Source: an uncultured Candidatus Saccharibacteria bacterium (GTDB lineage: Bacteria > Patescibacteriota > Minisyncoccia > Phycocordibacterales > UBA6065). Taken from it: a stretch of 64,000 bases of DNA. The position numbers and the translations under genes are program-made. The DNA is taken from the NCBI GenBank assembly GCA_964368835.1, contig CAYJCZ010000003.1, positions 153 through 64,152 of the forward strand, given 5' to 3'. Each line of letters starts with the position of its first letter. Position 1 is the stretch's first letter. Positions 57,270 through 64,000 of this stretch are shown one piece after another. The notes beneath the pieces were generated by a model. The model saw only the letters and a program-made list of their open reading frames with translations, did not search any database and was not told where the DNA came from.

Positions 57270-60200
57270 CTACTTCTTCCTCACCTCATTAAGCTTGGCT
57301 CTCGTCGTCGGGCCAACGATGCCGTAGCCGGAGTCTCCTGCTTTGGAGAGTCCGTACTTAACCTGGAAGCGTTGTACTGCAAGTTCTGTAGCAGAGTCAA
57401 AGGATCCTGTCTGCTTCTTCTCAGGATAGATACCAACTAAAGAAGAGAGGATCTGTTGGAGAAGTACCACTTCTCCTCCCTTTGCACCCAAAGCGAGGGT
57501 TTGAGTGAGAGTTGTTGGGACGGTGAGATAGAGGGAACCACTGGTTGAAGGTTGAGAGGTGGTTGTGGTGGTTTTGGGTGGAGTGGTTGTGGTTGGCTTG
57601 GTCGTTGTGGTTGCAGGTTTAGATGTGGTTGTTGTAGTGGTGGTACCTGCAATCTTTGCTCGAGTGAGAGGGCCAACGTATCCTGTGCCTGAGATACCGT
57701 TTGCAATCTGGTACCTCACAACAGCTGCCCTAGTGAGTCCTCCAAAGAGTGTGGTCTCTTGGCCAGGAGAACCTGCACCTGATGAGGTGATCTTGTATCC
57801 TGTGGCATTAAGAAACTTCTGGAGTGATCGGACGTCTTCTCCCACAGCACCAACACCGAAGTCTCGGGTGAGCTTGAGGGTTGTACCTGAGGTTGGAGGC
57901 TTCTGAGGAACTGTTGGGGTGAAAGGCTGGGATGAGCCTGTGACAACTCCAGTTCCCTTGTCGACGAACACCACACCCACCAGGGTGTTAGTGGTGATAG
58001 TGAGGGTACAGGTTGGAGACTTTCCAGAACATGCACCAGTCCAGTTAGCGAAGGTGTACTCAGATGAAGGTGAAGCAGTGAGAGTGACCTTGGTGTTTGG
58101 AGTGACGGTAGTTGAACATGATGAACCGCAAGAGATACCAGGGCCTGTGATACGACCGAGACCTGTTTTGGTTGTGGTGAGGGTGTATGTGGTGACAGGT
58201 GTAGCGGAGGTACGGATAGTGATAGAGGATGATTGGGATGAAGTGTTTCCAGCTGCGTCCACTGCAGATACGGTGAATGAGTATGAGGTGTTAGCAGAGA
58301 GTCCTGGGATCACATATGAGTTTGAGAGTGGTGATGCAATGAGTGTTCCTCCTTGGTATACACGGTATGAGTTGACCGCAGTGTTGTCTGTTGAAGGAGT
58401 CCAAGAGAGTGTTGCACTTGTCTGAGTGATAGATGATGAGACAAGACCTGTTGGTACTGAAGGAGCAGTGGTGTCTGGTGCAACCACGTTTGAGACCTTA
58501 ACGGTGACAGAGGATGCTTTGGTGTTGCCTGAGGTATCTCGTGCTGTGGCAGAGAGTGTATGAGTACCATTTGATGTGAGGGTGGAGTTCCAGGTACCTG
58601 AGTATGGAGCAACAGTGAGAGGGTCACCAAGATCGTTTCCATCAAGCTTCCACTGAACTGAGTGAAGAGCGATGTTGTCTGAGGCTGTGGCAGAGAGGAC
58701 AACGGCAGTGCCTGATACTGTGGCGTTGTTTGCAGGTGCAGTGATGCTCATAGATGGAGCAGTGGTGTCTGGAGTACCTCCTGGTGGATTAACAGGGTCA
58801 GTGGTGATAGCTAGGGAGCATGATGCTGTGGTGCCTCCATTTAGACCAACACAATTCCACTTCTTGGCTGTGGTGGTGTCAGTGGTGTCTTGGAGTGTGC
58901 CTGTGGTACAGGTGTTCTCGAGAGTACCGCAGGAACCGTTTGATACCTGAGAAGCAGATGCGAATGTTGCTGTGACGGTGGTATGAGTGAGGATGGTGAC
59001 AGTACATGAGCCTGTGCCAGTACAACCTCCCCCGCTCCATCCAGTGAAGGTGGAACCTGATGCAGGTGATGCGGTGAGAGTGATTGATGTACCTGTTGGG
59101 ATTGCTGTTTTAGAGCAGGTTGAGCCGCAAGAGATTGTGGAGCCAGAGACGGTGCCGGAGCCTGTGCCTCCTTTGGTGACGGTGAGGGTGAAGGAGGTTT
59201 GAACAGGGCCAGAGCCGGTGTTTGTGACGCCGGGGGCTTCGGAGCCGGGGTGATAATATCGATATCCTGCAGGAATTGATTCCCTGTTGTAGCTCGGAGA
59301 ATACGGACCATATGGCGGCCACTGCATAGTTCCGAACCATGCGGGCTTTGAATCAAGATACAAAGAATTTGGAAGCGTTTCGCCTGATTGCAAGGACTCA
59401 TTTACACCTCTTAGATATCCACCTGCTCCGTTCGAATATGGGCTTGGATAAATGTTGTGCTTCAAAATTAATGTTGTGAGTACATCAAGATCCTTTTCCT
59501 GGAAGCCTTCAGATCGGGGCCAAAGACCAACAACAGTGCCAACAGAAGGAAATGGCGGACCGTATCCACTGCCCACGGTGATAGTATTTGCAGTTCTGCT
59601 TGATTCACCCCCGTACTTTGTACCAGTACTCCATTCAACTCCAAGAGACATGCAGTTACCGAGTGCAGCGCAAATACCAAACAACCTAATAGAGTCAGGG
59701 TTTAATGTGATCGTAACCTGTGAATCACTTTGACGAGCAGTTATTGTTCCTCTGATTCCAGGGCCAGTTGTAGGGTTCCAGTCAGCCCAGTAAACTCCCG
59801 CACTTGGAGCCACTGTTCCTTCAGAAGACCCGTTTCCAATATTTGGTTGACCTAATGAGTATCCACCAAGCTGATTTCCAACAATATTAAAGTTTCTTGA
59901 AAACCTCTTAAGTGCGATCGAACCTGTAATCCAGTTTCTAAATATAGAGGTCTCTGACTCTCCACCGAAATACCCATCAGATATCATCCCCTCCATATAA
60001 TTACCCTCGTAAAGATTGTATTGATTGTGTGGCCCGTGATTTATGTTTGCAACACCACCGGTCATAAAGTTGTAAGCAATGACGCCAGAAGCTGAACCGT
60101 TTATTTCAATAAGAGGTTGTGCCTTAAGTACTATATTATCTTCGAAAAGAAATCCTGTTGCGTCTCCGGTAAGCAATCCTGCGTGATTTGTTCCCCCACC

Positions 60201-62852
60201 AGTTTGTTCGTCAAAATACGAGTGCCTAATCTCATTCATAAGCCCACCAAGAGTCATTGTATAGTTGCCCGCTCCTTTTATTTTGACATTCTTATACCAA
60301 CAACCGTAGGCATTCCCAAGAATGGTAGCAAAAGTAGGCGCCGCCTTTGACCCATCAAGCGTGAGATCTTCGATCCCAGAAAGATTTACATACCCCGCCG
60401 AAACCTTTATTACAGGCTTATTTAATGGACCCCACATTATCGGCGGATTTATAGTTAGTGTATTGCCCGATTTGGCCGTAACGACTGAGTTTTGACTTCG
60501 TATATTTTGATATCCAGTAACACTAATGACCGGAAGGCTTTTGTCATTATCGGCAGAAATTCGAATCATGGTTCCAACTCCGATATTTGATGCATCTGCC
60601 ACTGTAATAACCTTGCTCCCTGCAAACGCACCACTTGTTATAGATATATCAGGTGCATTATAAAATCCATCACCTTTACTTATAACGCCACAGGTACCGG
60701 TACAATCAATTGTTGTCACATCTACACCAGCACCGCGCACAGTGACGTTATTTCTTCCAATAGAAATACTTCCCTTATAAATGCCTGGTGGCAAATATAT
60801 AACTGAGTTATTTGGAGCCTCTGCAATAGCTTGGTTTATTATTGACCCATCATCATGTTCAACAAGAGTATTTGTAGCAGCGGCTTTTGCAGGATCAGCA
60901 AGTGTAATAGTATTTCCGTTTATAGCTGTAATTGAGGTGTAAAGATCAACTATGAGTGTATCAACGTAGTAATTTGTTGATGCATTTTTAACAAATATCC
61001 TCTGTCCTACCCTAAAATCAATCGGTGAAACCACCGTGAGCTGGTTAGAGCCCTTGGCAATTGTTCCTGTGGTTGTCTGAACACTTCCTGACGCAAAATA
61101 AGGCGCTTGGCTAATATCAATAATATTTGTTCGATTCGTAGGAATTCCACCAGGCACGCCCACATTAACTCCAGGAGTCCAGTCATAAAGCCGGCTTGGA
61201 GGAATGATGCCGACCTGTGATCCGGACTGTGTTGTCGCAGTCACTGTTCTTGTTGGACCTGACTCAACATTTGATGCACTCACCGCTTTCACAAAGTACG
61301 AATAGGTTGTAGCGGGTGCAAGACCAACATCCTGAAACATGCCTGGATCTTTCCATATGTCATCTTCTGAAAGCGTTGAGACGCTTCCTATAAATGATCC
61401 ATTACGGTACACATTATACTTTGCAGCTTCTGGCCCACCCAAAGATGTCTCCCAAGAAATATTAATTTGTTTTGCAGAAACTCCAACTGCACCAATTACC
61501 AATGGCACTGTTGGCGCACCCGTAACCTGACCCGTTGCACTTGTAAAATTTGCTTGAACAATTGTATTTGCAGAAATTGATACCGTACATGTTCCAGTAC
61601 CGGTACAACCTCCACCACTCCATCCAGAAAATGTTGAGCCGGATGCAGGTGAAGCAGACAAAGTGACAGATGCACCTGCAGATAGTTCTCCTGCCGAACA
61701 AACACTACCGCAATTTATTGATCCGCCAGTGACAGTTCCTGATCCTGTGCCATTCTTTTCAATAGATAATGAATAAGTCTGAGCCTGCCCAGAGGACGTT
61801 GTAAAGGTATTGAGTGATGAATATGCAATATTTCCCGAAGCATCCTTTGATCTTACCCTGAAGTAATGGGTCGTATTCGTGTCCAACCCAGTAATTGCTA
61901 CCGAATGTGAAGTAGTAAGAGACGAATCAAGAGTTGTTGAATTTCCGTATCCTTGCGTTAAACCGTACTCAACCTGAGAGTCCGAAGCTTCATCTGTTGT
62001 CCATGAAATCGTTACAGAAGTTGATCCCGGTGAAGACATAACCCCACTAATTATCGGTGCGGTTACATCTGGAGACACACTTCCACCCCCTCCACCTCCA
62101 CCTGAATCAGTTAAGCTGTATATTTCAGATACTTCTGCCTGATTTAAACCCCTGCTATAAAGACGAATATCATCAAGTGCAACCCTGCTAAATCCAAACG
62201 GTTCATATCCTCCATATAGTCCAACACCGAAAGCTATCTTTCCTGTTGAGTCAGAATTGAGAGTAAACGACAAACTATTATCAAGCTCTCCGTTTATATA
62301 AATTTTTCCAACGCCGTTTTCCTCTGTCCATACAATGTGTTTCCAAACTCCCTGACCATCAAATACAGGACTTGCAGATGTAAGTCGAGTCTTAAAAGAT
62401 CCGTCGAGATTCGTAAGATAGGCATCAATAGTATTTGAATATGATGCAGAAGAAACCAAAGAAAGACCATTTCCCTGATACAAAACGCTTTTCTCAGTAG
62501 TTTTAAACCACATAGAAACCGATCGCGGTGACTGTGCATTATCCAAAACCAAATAATCATCCGCTCCATCGATCTCAATTGCACTACCAACTTTTCCCGC
62601 TACCTGTGTAGGATTTCCCACGAGAGCAAGAGTTCGCCCATTTCCTGATGCATCAGTAACAGAAGTTGCTGACACAGAATCAAACGTGTAGTGAGCAATC
62701 AATCCTGAACCGCTTCCAGAAATAGCAGCAACTTGGCCCTGAGGATTGAAAGTAAAATTAGGATTTCGAGCAAAAATACTTATAAGTGAGAGTGAACCGG
62801 CAAAGAGAATTGATAAAGCGAAACCAACAAGTAGTTTTTGGCTAATTTTCAT
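57270..62852 (-). CDS. Giant 1860-aa secreted surface protein: LamG-like domain, Fn3 domains, at least three InlB-B-repeat-like modules, pectin-lyase-like beta-helix, Big/Fn3 domains, two C-terminal peptidoglycan-binding domains separated by a Thr/Pro-rich linker
   Basis: Signal peptide. YSLSIEKNGTGSGTVTGGSINCGSVCSAGEL...FSGWSGGGCTGTGTCTV is the InlB B-repeat pattern. NVTVRGAGVDVTTIDC... indicates a beta-helix. C-terminal PG_binding_1-like units LQKFLNATGYKI...AAVVRYQIANGI and VVLLQQILSSL...LAVQRFQVKYGL. Thr-run linker TTTTTTTSKPATTTTKPTTTTPPK. Confidence 0.8.
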   Translation of the reverse strand: MKISQKLLVGFALSILFAGSLSLISIFARNPNFTFNPQGQVAAISGSGSGLIAHYTFDSVSATSVTDASGNGRTLALVGNPTQVAGKVGSAIEIDGADDYLVLDNAQSPRSVSMWFKTTEKSVLYQGNGLSLVSSASYSNTIDAYLTNLDGSFKTRLTSASPVFDGQGVWKHIVWTEENGVGKIYINGELDNSLSFTLNSDSTGKIAFGVGLYGGYEPFGFSRVALDDIRLYSRGLNQAEVSEIYSLTDSGGGGGGGSVSPDVTAPIISGVMSSPGSTSVTISWTTDEASDSQVEYGLTQGYGNSTTLDSSLTTSHSVAITGLDTNTTHYFRVRSKDASGNIAYSSLNTFTTSSGQAQTYSLSIEKNGTGSGTVTGGSINCGSVCSAGELSAGASVTLSASPASGSTFSGWSGGGCTGTGTCTVSISANTIVQANFTSATGQVTGAPTVPLVIGAVGVSAKQINISWETSLGGPEAAKYNVYRNGSFIGSVSTLSEDDIWKDPGMFQDVGLAPATTYSYFVKAVSASNVESGPTRTVTATTQSGSQVGIIPPSRLYDWTPGVNVGVPGGIPTNRTNIIDISQAPYFASGSVQTTTGTIAKGSNQLTVVSPIDFRVGQRIFVKNASTNYYVDTLIVDLYTSITAINGNTITLADPAKAAATNTLVEHDDGSIINQAIAEAPNNSVIYLPPGIYKGSISIGRNNVTVRGAGVDVTTIDCTGTCGVISKGDGFYNAPDISITSGAFAGSKVITVADASNIGVGTMIRISADNDKSLPVISVTGYQNIRSQNSVVTAKSGNTLTINPPIMWGPLNKPVIKVSAGYVNLSGIEDLTLDGSKAAPTFATILGNAYGCWYKNVKIKGAGNYTMTLGGLMNEIRHSYFDEQTGGGTNHAGLLTGDATGFLFEDNIVLKAQPLIEINGSASGVIAYNFMTGGVANINHGPHNQYNLYEGNYMEGMISDGYFGGESETSIFRNWITGSIALKRFSRNFNIVGNQLGGYSLGQPNIGNGSSEGTVAPSAGVYWADWNPTTGPGIRGTITARQSDSQVTITLNPDSIRLFGICAALGNCMSLGVEWSTGTKYGGESSRTANTITVGSGYGPPFPSVGTVVGLWPRSEGFQEKDLDVLTTLILKHNIYPSPYSNGAGGYLRGVNESLQSGETLPNSLYLDSKPAWFGTMQWPPYGPYSPSYNRESIPAGYRYYHPGSEAPGVTNTGSGPVQTSFTLTVTKGGTGSGTVSGSTISCGSTCSKTAIPTGTSITLTASPASGSTFTGWSGGGCTGTGSCTVTILTHTTVTATFASASQVSNGSCGTLENTCTTGTLQDTTDTTTAKKWNCVGLNGGTTASCSLAITTDPVNPPGGTPDTTAPSMSITAPANNATVSGTAVVLSATASDNIALHSVQWKLDGNDLGDPLTVAPYSGTWNSTLTSNGTHTLSATARDTSGNTKASSVTVKVSNVVAPDTTAPSVPTGLVSSSITQTSATLSWTPSTDNTAVNSYRVYQGGTLIASPLSNSYVIPGLSANTSYSFTVSAVDAAGNTSSQSSSITIRTSATPVTTYTLTTTKTGLGRITGPGISCGSSCSTTVTPNTKVTLTASPSSEYTFANWTGACSGKSPTCTLTITTNTLVGVVFVDKGTGVVTGSSQPFTPTVPQKPPTSGTTLKLTRDFGVGAVGEDVRSLQKFLNATGYKITSSGAGSPGQETTLFGGLTRAAVVRYQIANGISGTGYVGPLTRAKIAGTTTTTTTSKPATTTTKPTTTTPPKTTTTTSQPSTSGSLYLTVPTTLTQTLALGAKGGEVVLLQQILSSLVGIYPEKKQTGSFDSATELAVQRFQVKYGLSKAGDSGYGIVGPTTRAKLNEVRKK

Positions 62853-62890
62853 ACCCCTAAAGTATACGCTATAGACTGGTGATCTCCTTG

Positions 62891-63385
62891 CTACTTTTCA
62901 ACAGATTGAAGCTTCTGAATATCCTCTATGATATGCGCTGCATGTCCTACCGGTTTTACCTTTGAATAGAGCATCCGAATAACACCCGTTGGATCAATGA
63001 GAAAGGTTGTCCTTTCAATCCCCCAATGTTTTGAACCAAACATCGCTTTTTCATGCCACACATCATAGAGCTTACAAACTTCCGCATCAGGATCAGAAAG
63101 AAGCGTGAAGTTAAGATTTTCTGAATCGCAGAATCTTTTATGAGATGCGACATCATCGGCTGACACCCCCACAACTTGAGCATTCAAATCATTGAGCTCA
63201 TATTCATGATCCCTAAACTCCTGCGCCTCAAGACTACAACCAGCCGTCATATCCTTGGGATAAAAGTAAAGAATAAGCCAAGAACCCCCATAATCTGAAA
63301 GGGATTTGAGTTTTCCGTTCTCATCTTTAAGTATGAATTCAGGCGCTTTTTTACCGATCATTGATAATTGTAGGAATGATTTCAT
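62891..63385 (-). CDS. bcp: Peroxiredoxin Bcp (thiol peroxidase, AhpC/TSA family)
   Basis: FYPKDMTAGCSLEA peroxidatic Cys motif. 164 aa. Confidence 0.85.
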   Translation of the reverse strand: MKSFLQLSMIGKKAPEFILKDENGKLKSLSDYGGSWLILYFYPKDMTAGCSLEAQEFRDHEYELNDLNAQVVGVSADDVASHKRFCDSENLNFTLLSDPDAEVCKLYDVWHEKAMFGSKHWGIERTTFLIDPTGVIRMLYSKVKPVGHAAHIIEDIQKLQSVEK

Positions 63386-63431
63386 GGTATTGGGTTTGTG
63401 ATATACTTCGGCTTATTAAAGGCATTATACA

Positions 63432-64000
63432 AGAGACTTTCATGAATGAACAAAGACAGACGACACTATCTATTCCTGTAGCAATCATCGTCGCTGGTGC
63501 ACTTATTGCTTTTGGAATCTATTGGAGTGGACGAGGCAATGCACCTGTAGCAAATAATGAAGCATCAGTAGGTTCTACAGCCCAAGCAACAGGCATTGAA
63601 GGTGTCCAAGCCGACGACCATGTTCTTGGTGATAGAAAAGCTCCCATTGTAATCATTGAATATTCTGATATTGAGTGCCCTTACTGTAAGCAATACCACA
63701 ATACTCTCCATCAGCTTATGAGCGAGTACGGAACACAAGGTAAGCTTGCTTGGGTATTCCGACATTTCCCTGTCCATACCAATTCTATTAAAGAGGGTGA
63801 GGCAATTGAATGTGCAGCAGAACTTGGAGGCAATGAAGCGTTCTGGAATTATACAGACAAGATTTTTGCACTCACTCAGTCTAACGATGGTCTTGATCTT
63901 GCAACTCTACCTACAATTGCAAAGGATGTCGGTCTCAATGAATCTGCTTTCAAGGCATGTCTTGATAGCGGCAAGTATGAAGATAAAATCGTCCAGCAGA
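63432..64000 (+). CDS. DsbA-family thiol:disulfide oxidoreductase (partial; runs off the window end)
   Basis: ATG at 63432. N-terminal TM/signal anchor. CPYC active site in IIEYSDIECPYCKQYH. No stop before position 64000, so it is absent from the ORF track. Confidence 0.7.

Noticed and set aside
57437-59401. Proline-rich and other ORFs of 70-190 aa in the track (57437..57706, 57559..57906, 57919..58425, 58841..59401, and 33544..33969 inside the 900-aa gene)
   Set aside because: These are antisense or off-frame readings through Thr/Gly/Pro-rich low-complexity coding sequence of the giant surface genes. They are not independent genes.

Overview
This is an AT-rich bacterial chromosomal segment of roughly 40-45% GC by eye, read with the standard genetic code. 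It is densely packed with housekeeping genes, almost all on the minus strand.

Housekeeping genes, in order along the window:
- rmuC and a GatB/YqeY-domain gene.
- tRNA-Glu(CUC).
- A partial dcw cluster on the minus strand: mraZ-rsmH-ftsL-ftsI-murF, followed by a four-gene membrane-protein operon (TspO, DUF2177-like, DUF1295, 4TM).
- lysS and greA.
- A pbp2-mreD-like-mreC-mreB rod-shape cluster.
- proS (lacking the INS editing domain), rseP, frr, a short holB-like gene and a second mreB paralog.
- murA fused to an N-terminal XRE-type HTH, a priA homolog with degenerate Walker A/B motifs, and def-fmt.
- hpf, tRNA-Asn(GUU), tlyA, a divergent adenylate-kinase-like gene, bipA/typA, bcp and a partial dsbA-like gene.

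Among these sits an accessory-looking set of very large cell-surface proteins:
- A 3051-aa protein with an N-terminal excisionase-type HTH, one TM helix and a huge extracellular region. That region carries a repetitive fibre, a 6-blade Kelch propeller and a C-terminal phage-tail-fibre-like peptidase-S74 intramolecular-chaperone domain.
- This protein heads an operon with a small secreted protein and two multi-LamG proteins, convergent with an ECF sigma / membrane-protein pair.
- Two paralogous beta-helix / InlB-B-repeat / peptidoglycan-binding giants lie at the window ends. One is truncated by the left edge.
- A 900-aa DUF4114/DUF5011/PG-binding protein, a CAP-domain protein and a frameshifted beta-lactamase-like gene.

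I saw no CRISPR array, transposase, integrase or rRNA.

The reduced enzyme repertoire is consistent with a small-genome bacterium with a Gram-positive-type envelope, possibly Patescibacteria/CPR. The supporting signs are the short HolB, ProRS without INS, the ATPase-dead PriA, the two MreB paralogs and the many PG-binding-domain surface giants. This lineage assignment is inference only.

All calls come from reading translations and motifs by eye. No searches were run.
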